Below the pieces are notes generated by a model. It ran no database searches. It had not been told where the DNA came from and saw only the letters and a list, made by a program, of their open reading frames with translations. A stretch of 64,000 bases of DNA, from assembly GCA_965263035.1 (NCBI GenBank), contig OZ253580.1:4608001-4672000 (forward strand), written 5' to 3'. Below are positions 1 to 10,575 of the stretch, one piece after another. Position numbers and translations under genes: made by a program. The stretch is from Acidobacteriota bacterium. GTDB taxonomy: Bacteria; Acidobacteriota; UBA6911; RPQK01; JAJDTT01. Position 1 is the first letter of the stretch. Every line of letters starts with the position of its first letter.

Positions 1-1
1 C

Positions 2-850
2 GCCGAAGTCCACAACGGCAGCTCGCTGTTCACGGGCCATGCCGGACAGGGGGAGAGCAACATCCGCCGCTGGATCATCGAGAACGACTGGTTGGAGACG
101 GTCGTCGCCCTGCCTCTCAACATGTTCTACAACACCGGCATCGCCACCTATGTCTGGGTACTCACCAACCGGAAACCCGATCACCGGAAGGGCAAGGTGC
201 AGCTGATCGACGCTACGAAGAGATACGAGCCGTTGCGGAAGAATCTGGGGAAGAAGAACTGCGAACTCAGCGAGAAGGATATCGATTGGATCTGCGAGAC
301 GTTCCTCGCATTTGAGGAGAGCGAACAAAGCAGGATTTTTGACAACGCCACGTTCGGCTACTGGAAGGTGACGGTGGAAAGGCCGTTGCGCCTCGAAGGT
401 GTCGATTCCGACCGCTCGTACAAGGCTGCGGAGATCAGGAGACTGAAAGCAAGCGGGAAGCGGAGCGAGACGGCGTCGGCCGTGATCAGAAGGATCCACA
501 AGCGGGGGACGAAAGCTGATCCGCTGCACGGCTTGTTCGCTACCACCGTCAACGGGCGATCTGTCGTGGTGGAGTATGAACCGGACACCAATCTGCGCGA
601 TACGGAGCAGATCCCGCTGCTGGAGGAGGGAGGCATCGACGGGTTCCTGAGTCGCGAGGTCCTCCCCTATGCCGGCGACGCTTGGTATCCGCCGAACAAA
701 GTGAAGATCGGCTACGAGATCAGTTTCAATCGATATTTCTACAAGCCGAAGCCCATGCGGACGTTGGAGGAAATTCGTGCGGACATCCTGGCACTGGAGC
801 ACGAGACGGAAGGATTGCTCGCCGATATCCTGCGCGACATGAGGCCATGA
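2..850 (+). CDS. hsdM: Type I restriction-modification methyltransferase subunit M, 3' part (starts before the window)
   Basis: Frame is open from nt 2: HNGSSLFTGHAGQGESNIRRWIIENDWLETVVALPLNMFYNTGIATY. C-terminus GYEISFNRYFYKP...LEEIRADI is typical of HsdM. Stop overlaps the hsdS ATG (ATGA 847-850). Confidence 0.95.
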   Translation, partial: AEVHNGSSLFTGHAGQGESNIRRWIIENDWLETVVALPLNMFYNTGIATYVWVLTNRKPDHRKGKVQLIDATKRYEPLRKNLGKKNCELSEKDIDWICETFLAFEESEQSRIFDNATFGYWKVTVERPLRLEGVDSDRSYKAAEIRRLKASGKRSETASAVIRRIHKRGTKADPLHGLFATTVNGRSVVVEYEPDTNLRDTEQIPLLEEGGIDGFLSREVLPYAGDAWYPPNKVKIGYEISFNRYFYKPKPMRTLEEIRADILALEHETEGLLADILRDMRP

Positions 851-2301
851 TCGCCAATCAAAAGCCCTATTCGGCCTACAAGGATTCCGGCGTGGAGTGG
901 CTTGGCGAGGTGCCACAGCATTGGGAAGTGGTTCCACTTAAGCGAGTCGGCTGGTTCAGTAGTGGTGCTGGTTTCCCGATCTCTGCTCAGGGGAACGTTC
1001 AGGGAGAGATTCCGTTCGCAAAAGTTTCCGACATGAATCGTCCTGGTAATGATCGCGAGATCGTCAGTGTGGCCAATGCCGTAACAAGAGAGGTTGCTGA
1101 TGAACTCGGAGCTAATGAGTTCCCGCAAGGTACGATAGTTTTTCCGAAGGTCGGAGGGGCACTTCTCACCAACAAACGACGTATCCTTGTACGTGGGACG
1201 TGCATTGACAACAATCTTATGGGTTGTGTGGTCACCGGAGCAGATACGGAGTTCACGTTCCGGATATTGCGGTGGCTTGACCTTGGTCGGATAGCCAAGC
1301 CTGGACCTGTACCAGCAATCAGCGAGGGCGAAATCAAGGAACTGCGCGTTCAGCTTCCGCCCCTCTCCGAACAATTCGCCATCGTCCGCTTTCTCGACCA
1401 CGCCGAGCGTCGCATCCGGCGCTACATCCGGTCCAAGGAAAGGCTGATCGAGCTTCTGGAGGAGCAGAAGCAGGCCATCATCCACCAAGCCGTGACGGGC
1501 CAGATCGATGTCCGAACCGGCCAGCCCTATCCGGCATACAAGGACTCCGGCGTGGAGTGGCTCGGCAAGGTGCCGGTTCACTGGCACGTTATTGCACTAA
1601 AGCGGATCCTTGATTTACTGGTTGACTGCGAACACAAGACAGCGCCGGCCGTTGATGAAAGTGAGTATCGGGTCGTTCGCACGACAGCTGTTCGCAGGGG
1701 CCGACTCAGGTGGGAAGGAACTTACTGTACGAGTAAGGAAGCTTTTTTGGATTGGACTAAGCGGACAAGTCCGGAGCCGGGAGATGTTGTTTTCACGAGA
1801 GAGGCCCCGGTTGGCGAATCGTGTGTCGTACCGGAGGGCACACGAGTTTGTCTTGGTCAGCGTACGGTCCTCATGAGACCTATACGCGGCGAATATGACC
1901 CCGATTTCCTGGTTCACGTGATCTACACCGGACCACCGAGGCATCAAGTCCGATTGGCATCACAGGGATCCACGGTAGGTCATTTCAACATGAAGGACAT
2001 TGGGTCATTGCGGGTGCTCAAACCACCTTTCGACGAACAGCTACGGATCAAAAACGAGATAGGTAAGCAGATGTACGATCTGGACTTGGCAGTGGCTCGT
2101 ACGGTCCGACAGGTCAGTCTTCTCCAGGAATACCGCACCCGCTTGATAGCCGATGTCGTCACCGGCAAGCTCGATGTCCGTGAGTTGGCGGCCTCGCTAG
2201 CCGAGGTCGAACCCCTGGCAGCAGTGGAAGACACCCTGGATGGATCCGTTAGAGGAATTCCAGAAGCAAATTTAGATAAACTGAATCCCACCCTCGCATA
2301 G
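847..2301 (+). CDS. hsdS: Type I R-M specificity subunit S
   Basis: Two conserved repeats (YKDSGVEWLGEVPQHW / YKDSGVEWLGKVPVHW), two variable TRDs, PPLSEQ/PPFDEQ and EYRTRLIADVVTGK. True start is the ATG at 847, coupled to the hsdM stop. Confidence 0.95.
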   Translation: MIANQKPYSAYKDSGVEWLGEVPQHWEVVPLKRVGWFSSGAGFPISAQGNVQGEIPFAKVSDMNRPGNDREIVSVANAVTREVADELGANEFPQGTIVFPKVGGALLTNKRRILVRGTCIDNNLMGCVVTGADTEFTFRILRWLDLGRIAKPGPVPAISEGEIKELRVQLPPLSEQFAIVRFLDHAERRIRRYIRSKERLIELLEEQKQAIIHQAVTGQIDVRTGQPYPAYKDSGVEWLGKVPVHWHVIALKRILDLLVDCEHKTAPAVDESEYRVVRTTAVRRGRLRWEGTYCTSKEAFLDWTKRTSPEPGDVVFTREAPVGESCVVPEGTRVCLGQRTVLMRPIRGEYDPDFLVHVIYTGPPRHQVRLASQGSTVGHFNMKDIGSLRVLKPPFDEQLRIKNEIGKQMYDLDLAVARTVRQVSLLQEYRTRLIADVVTGKLDVRELAASLAEVEPLAAVEDTLDGSVRGIPEANLDKLNPTLA

Positions 2302-2309
2302 TCTCATAT

Positions 2310-5300
2310 ATGACTACGGACACAACCGAACGCGGCCTCGAACGCCTGATCTGTAAGGCCTTGACTGGCGATCCCTGCGACCCTCCTGCCGATTGCACGA
2401 TTGGCGACCCGCCCGCCGGGTACGGTGGCGTCGGCTGGTCCTGCGGCAACCACCGCGACTACAACCGTGAGTACTGCGTCGACCTGGTCCAACTCCGCGC
2501 CTTTCTGAACACCACCCAACCCGAAGCCGCCACGGCCCTGCGACTGACCGAAGACGGCCCCGGACGCCGCAGGTTCCTTGCCCGGTTGCAGGGCGAGATC
2601 TCCAAACGCGGCACCATCGACGTCCTCCGAAACGGCATCCGGCACGGTCCCCACGAAATCGATCTCTTCTACGGAACCCCCTCGCCCGAGAACGAGCAGG
2701 CCAAGCAGCGCTTCTGGCAGAATCGTTTCACCGTCATCCGTCAGCTCCGCTACGGCCGGCACGGCACCCAGCGCGCACTCGACATCGGACTCTTCATCAA
2801 CGGTCTTCCCGTCTTCACCTTCGAACTCAAGAACCGCCTGACCAAGCAGACGGTGAGCGACGCCATGGAGCAGTACAGGAAGGACCGCAACCCGCGCGAG
2901 AAGCTCTTCGAGTTCGGCCGTTGCGCGGCCCACTTCGCGGTGGACGAGAACGAGGTCCATTTCTGCACCCATCTCAAGGGGAAGGCCTCCTGGTTCCTGC
3001 CCTTCAACCGGGGTTGGAACGACGGTGCGGGAAACCCGCCCAACCCCAACGGCCTGCGGTCGGACTACCTGTGGCGCCAGGTGCTGACCCGCCGGAGCCT
3101 GACCAACATCCTGGAGAACTACGCCCAGGTCGTGGAATCGAAGGACGCCAAGACGGGGAAGAAGCGGCGAGTCCAGATCTGGCCGCGCTATCACCAGATC
3201 GACGCGGTGCGCGAGCTCCTGGCCGACGCGGGAGCCCGCGGGGCGGGGAAGCGTTACCTGGTCCAGCACTCGGCGGGCAGCGGCAAGAGCTTTTCGATCG
3301 CTTGGCTGGCCCACCAACTGATCCGGCTGGAAAAGGACGACGCTCCGGTCTTCGACTCCATCATCGTCGTCACCGACCGCCGCATCCTCGACCGGCAGAT
3401 CCGAGACACGATAAAGGAAATACGCCCAGGTGCGCTCGACGGTGGGACACGCCGAGCGTTCCGGCGATCTGCGACGGTTCATCGAGTCCGGCAAGAAGAT
3501 CATCATCACGACGATCCAGAAGTTCCCCTTCATTCTCGATGAGATCGGCAACGAACATCGCGGGAGGCGCTTTGCCATCATCATCGACGAGGCCCACTCA
3601 AGCCAGGGCGGCCGCACCGCCGCAGCCATGGCCAAGGCGCTGGGCAAGGCGGGAGAAGCCGAGGACGAGGAGACCTACGAGGATCGGATCAACCGCGCGA
3701 TGGAATCGCGCAAGATCCTCCCCAACGCCAGCTACTTCGCCTTCACCGCCACGCCCAAGAACAAGACGCTGGAGATCTTCGGCGACGCGGACCCGCAGAG
3801 CGACGGTACGGTCCGGCATCACGCCTTTCACACCTACAGCATGAAGCAGGCGATCCAGGAGGGTTTCATCCTGGACGTGCTGCGCCACTACACGCCGGTC
3901 AAGAGCTACTACAAGCTCGCCAAGATGGTGGACGACGATCCCGAGTTCGACGTCAAGAAGGCCCGCAGGAAGCTGCGGCGCTACGTCGAGGGGCACGACC
4001 ACGCGATCCGCCTCAAGTCGGAGATCGTGGTGGACCACTTCCACACCCAGGTCCTGTCCCATGGCAAGATCGGCGGCAGCGCCCGGGCGATGGTCGTCAC
4101 CAACGGGATCGAACGGGCGATCCAATACTACCATGCCATCCGCGACTACCTGAAGGAACGAAAGAGCCGCTACCAGGCCATCGTGGCCTTCTCGGGGAAG
4201 CATGAGTACGGCGGAGCGAAGCTGAGCGAGTCCAAGCTGAACGGCTTTCCGTCGAACAAGATTGCCGAGAGGTTCCGGGAGGATCCGTACCGCTTTCTGG
4301 TCTGTGCGGACAAGTTCCAGACCGGCTACGACGAACCTCTGCTGCACACGATGTACGTGGACAAGACGCTCTCCGGCATCAAGGCGGTTCAGACCCTCTC
4401 CCGGCTCAACCGGGCGCACCCCAAGAAGCACGATGTGTTCGTGCTGGATTTCCTGAACGAGTCGGACACCATCCGAGACGCCTTCGCCGACTACTATCGA
4501 GGGACGATCCTGTCCGAAGAAACCGATCCCAACAAGCTGCACGACCTCCAGACCGACCTGGACAGCGCCCAGGTCTATTCATCCGAGCAGGTCAAAGACT
4601 TCGTGTCGCGCTATTTGGCCGACGAGGACCGCGAAGAGCTGGATCCCATCCTGGAGGCTTGCGTAGAGGTGTACCTGCAGGACCTGGACGAAGACGGGCA
4701 AGTTCAGTTCAAGCGCCAGGCCAAGGGATTTTTGAGAACCTACGCCTTCCTCTCTTCGATCCTGCCGTACAACAACGCCAGGTGGGAAGAACGCTCGATC
4801 TTCCTGAACTTCCTGGTCTCGAAGTTACCGTCCCCGCGTGAGGAGGGTATGTCCAAGGGCATCCTCGACGCCATCGACATGGACAGCTACCGGGTCGAGA
4901 AGAAGGCGATGCAGAAGATCCTCCTGCCGGATGATGATGCCGAGATCGACCCCAGTTCGGACTCCGGTTCCGGTGGCCGTGCCGAGCCCGAGCTGGACCT
5001 CTTGTCCAACATCATCAAGGCTTTCAACGATCTCTTTGGCAACATTCCCTGGGAGGACGGAGACCGGGTGCTCCAACTCATCACCGAAACGATTCCGTCG
5101 CGAGTCGCGCAGGACACCGCTTTCAGGAACGCTCAGAAGAACTCGGACCGGGAGAACGCCCGTATCGAGCACGACAAGGCTCTCCTACGAGTCATGATGG
5201 CGGTGATGAAGGACGACACCCAACTGTTCAAGAAGTTCATGGACGATCCGGATTTCAAGCAGTGGATGAGCAATCTGTCGTTCCGGCAAACGTACAAACC

Positions 5301-5316
5301 GACGGGGCCGCCGTAA
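2310..5316 (+). pseudogene. hsdR: Type I R-M restriction subunit R, split by a 1-nt frameshift near 3415-3420 (real or sequencing error)
   Basis: ORF 2310-3542 has ELKN and QHSAGSGKS; ORF 3430-5316 has DEAHSSQ, FTATP and KFQTGYDEP. The frames join at ATAAAGGAAATACGCCCAG (DTIK-x-YAQVRSTVGH). Confidence 0.9.
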
Positions 5317-5317
5317 A

Positions 5318-5380
5318 CTCGGATTATTCATGGAACAAGTTGATAAGGGCTTCCAGCGCGACATTTTCGTGCCGTCGCAT
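5318..5380 (-). mobile_element. Degenerate right end of an IS1380-family element
   Basis: CTCGGATTATTCATGGAACAAGTTGATAAGGGCTTCCA closely matches the reverse complement of the right end of the IS at 22498-24493 (CCCAGATTATTCATGGGACATGTTGATAAGGGCTTCCA). Confidence 0.75.
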
Positions 5381-5698
5381 CCCCGTGGTTTGCTCGGCTC
5401 CCTCCTGCACAACCATGGGGTCCCGCATTGCTATTGACGCCATTCGCTCAGTTGGACACGCGCCGCAAGACAAGGGCTTCAACTAACTTCGCGTCGTCAG
5501 GCGCGCTTCTGCTCAGGCCAGCGGGGTCCCCGTGCGCTCCCTCCCAGGGATGCTTGCCGGTGTTCAGGCTTTTATCTTCACGACACGGAGCTGCTCCGGC
5601 GACAGGTCGTCGTAGCCGTCTTCATAACCGTTGACCACCACGCGCAAATCGGCAGCGTGATTCTGCAATATGCTCATCAGTTCCGCTACGGTCACGGC

Positions 5699-5920
5699 TC
5701 ACCCCGCTGCCGCTGAAACTTCCACAACGTCGGAGGTAGCCTGCGGCTCCGGGATGGGTTCGCCGTCTTCGCGCATACCCTCGATGTGAAACTCGATGGC
5801 CTCCCGGATCTCCTCCAACAGCTCGCCGCGGGTGCTCGCCGTAACCACGCAGCCGGGCAGGTCCGGCACGTAAGCTGCAAAGTTGTTCGGGGTCCTTTCA
5901 ATCACGACGGTGTACTTCAT
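5699..5920 (-). CDS. hicB: HicB-family antitoxin (orphan)
   Basis: MKYTVVIE...[44 protein letters not shown] is the HicB RNase H-like signature. Confidence 0.85.
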   Translation of the reverse strand: MKYTVVIERTPNNFAAYVPDLPGCVVTASTRGELLEEIREAIEFHIEGMREDGEPIPEPQATSDVVEVSAAAG

Positions 5921-5939
5921 GACGTTGTTTCCTTCCTTG

Positions 5940-6046
5940 TGCTTGTATTCGGCTGCATCCATCGAGCCGCGGAGCGCATCGGCCATCGCCCACAACTCGG
6001 CCTCGTAGCCTGTCGTCGCACCGCCATCGGTTTGTCTGTTTGCCAT
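5940..6046 (-). pseudogene. 5' fragment of another hsdM, in frame with hicB
   Basis: [24 protein letters not shown] is the characteristic HsdM N-terminal motif. Confidence 0.75.
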
Positions 6047-6535
6047 CTTCCTTGCTGTCTTTATTCTCCCTTCGCCCAAGACGATTTCCCGGAACCGGGT
6101 CGCAGCCAAAATACGACATATGGCGCGCCGGTACACACCTTGTCGGGGCAGGTTGCAATCTTACAGAGATTATCGGCCCGCACTTGGCCGATTGGTGCGA
6201 AAGTCGGTAGAGGGATCCCGATTGGACAGGAAGACGTGAGGGGCGAATTGTTGATGGTCGTTCTGACGGAGTCCCGTCACCAGTAGTCCTGACTCGGCGA
6301 CAAGGCGGGGCAAGCGAGATCGGTTCTGCAAGTCCGACCCCGCTGACGCATAGGAATGATACGCTCCCCCTCCGGAACGATCGGAAATGGGGTAAGCAAC
6401 AGGAGCGGTGGGCCGTAGACGATCGAAGCTGATCCTGCCCATGGTCCCGGCTCTCAGAGGGACGCCGGTCCTTCGTCCACTGTGGTGATTCGGTTTCCGG
6501 ACAGGGCACGCCAAGAAATTTCTTGAGTTCGTACA

Positions 6536-7402
6536 GTGTCTCGCGCCGCGCAGTTATGCATTCATGATCCCGTGAAGTTCAGATACCGGGGTGTCTGGAT
6601 CAGCGGGCACATCGCCCGCAAGACTCCTCAGAAAGCCGATATCGTGGGATCTGACGGCGGCGAGTACCGAGTGCCATGGGACCTCCTCGCTCAAAACGAA
6701 GCCGAAAGTCGAAAGCGAGTGACTCTGAGGCGAGACCAGCTCAAAGCCCAATTCCGCCCGGATGACGAGGTCTTGATCCCGCACGGTCAGGGCAGGATCG
6801 AGGGCATCCTCGCGCGTCTCGGGCCCAAGCGCGCCCTGGTCGCCACGGAGCACGGAAGCTACTACGTTCCGTATGGTCTGCTGACTCGAGCCGGACCGAA
6901 TCCTGATCGCGACGATGGCCGGCGATTGGCCGAAGTTGCGGCGGAGGCTGAGCGGCTGATGAGTCGGCACGGACTCACGGGATGGAGCTTTCAGTTCGAG
7001 GATGCCTCCAAGCAGGCGGGAGTCTGCGTTTTCGGCCTCAAGGTCATTGGACTCTCCCGCCTCTATTGCCTTCACGCAACCGACCGGCAAGTAAGGGACA
7101 CGATTCTCCACGAGATCGCTCATGCCCTGGTCGGCCCGAAGCATAATCATGATGCCGCCTGGAAGGCAGTCGCGCGTTCGATCGGATGCGCCGGCGACCG
7201 TTGCCACAAAGTGGAGTTTGCCCCGCCTCGCTATATTGCGCGGTGCATCACGTGCGGCTGGGCCGTCAAACGAAATGTCAGGAAACGGGGAGCGATCTGC
7301 AAGGCTTGCAGGACCCCCGTGAGCTACGTCACATACACGAAGAAGGGGTGGGAACTGGCAACAAATGCATCTGACGAGCGGATGGAGACTTGTTCTCGGT
7401 GA
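6536..7402 (+). CDS. SprT-like zinc metalloprotease with two N-terminal beta-rich repeats and a C-terminal Zn ribbon
   Basis: DTILHEIAHAL (HExxH) followed by HDAAWK, then CITC and CKAC pairs. Confidence 0.8.
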   Translation: MSRAAQLCIHDPVKFRYRGVWISGHIARKTPQKADIVGSDGGEYRVPWDLLAQNEAESRKRVTLRRDQLKAQFRPDDEVLIPHGQGRIEGILARLGPKRALVATEHGSYYVPYGLLTRAGPNPDRDDGRRLAEVAAEAERLMSRHGLTGWSFQFEDASKQAGVCVFGLKVIGLSRLYCLHATDRQVRDTILHEIAHALVGPKHNHDAAWKAVARSIGCAGDRCHKVEFAPPRYIARCITCGWAVKRNVRKRGAICKACRTPVSYVTYTKKGWELATNASDERMETCSR

Positions 7403-7424
7403 TCAGCTTCTTGACGGGAAACAC

Positions 7425-7696
7425 CTGGGGAAGAAGAACTGCGAGCTCGGCAAGGAGGGCATCGCTTGGATTTACGAGACATTCCTCGCGTTCAAGGAGA
7501 ACGAGCACAGCAAGATCTTCGACAATGCCGCCTTCGACTACTGGAAGGTGACGGTGGAAAGGCCGTTGCGCATCGAAGGCATCGATCCCAACTGCGCATA
7601 CAAGCCTGAGCCGATGCGGACGCTGGAGGAGATTCGAGCGGATATCCTGGCGCTGGAGAAAGAAACGGACGGGCTGCTTGACGAGATTCTTGGCCG
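7425..7696 (+). pseudogene. hsdM 3' remnant with an internal deletion
   Basis: LGKKNCEL...YWKVTVERPLR joined directly to YKPEPMRTLEEIRADILALE; paralogous to nt 245-840. Confidence 0.85.
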
Positions 7697-7788
7697 TCAA
7701 CCGATCAATCAGGCCGCTCCGGGCTCAGGAGCGGAAACCATTCACAACAGGGAGTCACGGAACTGACGGAAGGAAAACGATCAGGCCA

Positions 7789-7992
7789 ATGGAGATCATA
7801 TTCGAGGTGACCGAGGCGGTCGAAGGTGGATACGATGCCAGGGCGCTTGGCTATGACATATTCACGCAGGGGGACGATTGGGACGACCTGAAGGCCATGG
7901 CTCGAGATGCGGTGCGCTGTTACTTCGAGGGAGGCAGTGCATCCAAGGTGATTCGGCTCCATCTCGTCACGGAAGAGACCACCGCGGTGTGA
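7789..7992 (+). CDS. Small HicB-like antitoxin
   Basis: MEIIFEVTEAVEGGYDARALGYDIFTQGDDWDDLKAMARDAVRCYF has a HicB-like pattern. No intact partner toxin follows. Confidence 0.6.
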   Translation: MEIIFEVTEAVEGGYDARALGYDIFTQGDDWDDLKAMARDAVRCYFEGGSASKVIRLHLVTEETTAV

Positions 7993-8118
7993 AGCTGCAG
8001 AGTGTCGAAACATGAAGTCCGCGAGCAGCCGTTCGGATAGTCACCTGATCTCTGATTGCCGCTTTGGCAACTCACGTGGTATCAGCCCTACCTTGGACAA
8101 CTTCGGGTTCCGCCACCG

Positions 8119-8400
8119 CTGGAGGAGATTCGCGGTAACATCCTGCCAATGGAGAGGGTGACCAAAGCGCTGCTCGGCGAGATCCTGGGCGAGGTGAGGT
8201 CATGATCGCCAACCTCACGCCCTGTACGGCCTACAGGGACTCCGGCGTTGAGTGGTTGGGGGAGGAGCCGGAGCATTGGGGGTGGCGGCGTTGCGTCATC
8301 TCGCCACGAAGTTCGGTTCAGGAAGCACACCCCGTGGTGGAGCAACCGTCTACGTACCGAGAGGCGTTCCGTTTCTGAGAAGTCAGAACGTGCATTATGC
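8119..8400 (+). pseudogene. hsdM-hsdS junction remnant carrying the start of a different TRD
   Basis: LEEIRGNILPME...EILGEVRS* overlaps MIANLTPCTAYRDSGVEWLGEEPEHW (ATG 8202); after a frameshift it reads GSGSTPRGGATVYVPRGVPFLRSQNVH. Confidence 0.85.
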
Positions 8401-8433
8401 GACCGAACACGACATTGCGAAGGAGGCCGTCCC

Positions 8434-8661
8434 ATGACGAACTGGAACACCTGCCCGGCCGTCGAGCGGGTCCCGGGAAGGGTGAGCGGGGCCTGGGTCT
8501 TTTCGGGCACACGGATTCCACTGTTCGCGCTCTACGAGAACCTTGCCAGCGGCGCGACGATCGACGAGTTCGTCGAGTGGTTTCCGGGCGTCGATGAGTG
8601 GCAAGTCCGTGCGGTGCTCGAACACGAGGCGAAGGCGCTGAGAACAGCGGTGGCGCGTTGA
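8434..8661 (+). CDS. DUF433-family antitoxin
   Basis: PGRVSGAWVFSGTRIP...GATIDEFVEWFP motif; AGGAGG RBS upstream. Confidence 0.85.
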   Translation: MTNWNTCPAVERVPGRVSGAWVFSGTRIPLFALYENLASGATIDEFVEWFPGVDEWQVRAVLEHEAKALRTAVAR

Positions 8662-8984
8662 AGCTGCTCTTCGATCAGGGCACGCCCGCACCGTTGCGGA
8701 GACACCTGCACGGGCACTCCGTGGACACGCTGGCGGAGAAGGGCTGGTCCCAGAAGGGCAACGGCGAGTTGCTCGATCTGGCGGAGCGCGACGGGTACGA
8801 CGTTCTGGTGACAACCGACCAGAGCCTGCCCCACCAACAGAATCTGGCCCGGTGGCGAGTCGGTGTCGTCGTGCTGCTGTCAACGGATTGGTCCAGGGTT
8901 CGGCTCTGCACCGGAGAGATCGCCCGGGGCATCGAGGCGGTGCGCCCCGGCCAAGCCGTCGAAGTGCGCATCCGGCCCGAGTGA
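8658..8984 (+). CDS. DUF5615-family PIN-like toxin
   Basis: TTG start overlaps the DUF433 stop; LLFDQ...NGELL...VLVTTDQSL motifs. Confidence 0.8.
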   Translation: MKLLFDQGTPAPLRRHLHGHSVDTLAEKGWSQKGNGELLDLAERDGYDVLVTTDQSLPHQQNLARWRVGVVVLLSTDWSRVRLCTGEIARGIEAVRPGQAVEVRIRPE

Positions 8985-8985
8985 C

Positions 8986-9175
8986 GTGACGACCGACCTC
9001 GCCGAAGCAGGCCTCGAACGCCTGATCTGCGAGGCACTCACCGGCGACCCGTGCGAGCCGGCATCGGGGGCCACGGTCGGCGAGCCGTCCCCCGGATGCG
9101 GCGGTGGCGGCTGGTCCCCCGGCAACCGTCACGACTACGATCGCGAGTACTGCGTCGACCTCTGCCAACTCCGCA
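8986..9175 (+). pseudogene. hsdR 5' remnant
   Basis: TTDLAEAGLERLICEALTGDPC...GNRHDYDREYCVDLCQLR parallels the N-terminus of hsdR at 2310, then diverges. Confidence 0.85.
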
Positions 9176-9303
9176 TTGAGTTAAAGTTGAACGCCAAATC
9201 CAAGAACGCTCGTTGGAAGAATATACTTAGGTTTGGCCCATACACTTGGTGTCGATGTGCGAGAGATTCTAGTTGGAATTTATCGGACGTGATGGACACT
9301 GAT

Positions 9304-9540
9304 CTACAACTCCCGTATTTGCCTGGAACCGGCTATCCGAGCTTCGTAAACTATCCGCTTGAGATGCTCCGGATCGTGCATTCCGATCCATCCGTCAGCT
9401 GACGCCCTGAGCGACTCGACGACGCTGGCCGGGGATACGACCTCCCCTACGGACACGACTACTTCCTTGCCTTCTTCGAGGTAAATCCTCTCTTGCGGAA
9501 CGAACACACCCTTTGAATACTTCGCTTTGATCCTTCTCAT
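9304..9540 (-). CDS. DUF104/AF2212-like antitoxin (orphan)
   Basis: IKAKYSKGVFVPQERIYLEEGKEVVV matches the family pattern; paralogous remnants lie at about 36.2 kb and 42.2 kb. Confidence 0.65.
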   Translation of the reverse strand: MRRIKAKYSKGVFVPQERIYLEEGKEVVVSVGEVVSPASVVESLRASADGWIGMHDPEHLKRIVYEARIAGSRQIREL

Positions 9541-9764
9541 CGCTACAGGTCTTTTCCATAAAACCTTGAATTGCGACATCTTAGCAATTTGCGAGTCCGG
9601 GATCTTGAATCCACCGGCTGCCAACACGATGCCAGAACGTCGCCAGACACGCCGAATCCCGGCGAGCGGAATTCACCTCGACGCCTTCTTTGTGTCGTCG
9701 AAGTCTTGGGCTTCCGACATGGCTGATCCGACATGATGCGGAAGCGCGGGAAGACTTGAAAACC

Positions 9765-9912
9765 ATGCCCCTGACACGGAACTTCAGCGAATCGATCCTG
9801 GCGCGCATCGAGCGTGATCCTGTGTTCCGCGAGGAGTTGCTCAAGGCAGCGGTCGAGTGCCTCCGTTCTGGCGACGTGGATACCGGGAGGGCGGTATTGA
9901 GCAAGTATGTTG
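9765..9912 (+). pseudogene. Truncated addiction-module antidote gene
   Basis: MPLTRNFSESILARIERDPVFREELLK...DVDTGRAVL parallels 40837-41154 and is cut by an IS fragment. Confidence 0.8.
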
Positions 9913-9919
9913 AAGCCAC

Positions 9920-10425
9920 TGCTGGAGGCCGGGGTTCGACCCCACAACGAAGTCTTGTTCCTGCTGAATCTGCTGGGGTACGGGATCCTGCACCTGGGTC
10001 GGGTGCTGATGGAGCAGGCGACGCGTCGGGGCTGGAGTCTGCGTCGTTTTCGCGAGCGGGTGTTGCGAGTGGCGTCTCGGGCGCTACGCCAGGGGAGGCG
10101 ATTGATTTTCGTCATCAGTCAAGGGGCGACGGACTGGAAGCGGTTGTGGAAGAGCCTGGCGCGGGTGTCCTGGGCGCCGGGATAGGGGACGGAGGAGGAA
10201 TCGGGCCCGTGGAAGGGACCGAAACGGTGGGAATTTCTCACCGGAAAGTCAACCTGTCGGCGGGTGACGGTCCCCCTGGCCGGAAAACGGTTTATGACAG
10301 GTTCAACAGTCCTGTTTTTGAGCCGATTCAGTCGAATCGACAGAGGTTCAAGAGAAACCGGGCTCCGACCGCACGAAAATGCCGGGTTGGAATCCCTTAT
10401 CAACATGTCCCATGAATAATCTGGG
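9920..10425 (+). mobile_element. IS1380-family 3' fragment with right TIR
   Basis: Near-identical to about 23990-24493; ends in TGAATAATCTGGG. Confidence 0.9.
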
Positions 10426-10575
10426 ATAATGTAGCCGAACTCTCACCTCTTGTAAAATGGTGTTCTACCTTCTCTGCCACGTCTGACTTCGTTCCTCTTC
10501 TGCCTCGCCGCGTCACCCTGCCGACTAAAACTAAGCGGTAAGCCCGACGGAGGAGGGGACAGTCACCTTCTCTAT

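Noticed and set aside
847-8400. hsdS inversion shufflon
   Set aside because: The silent hsdS piece is co-oriented, short and frameshifted; I saw no invertase or inverted repeats.
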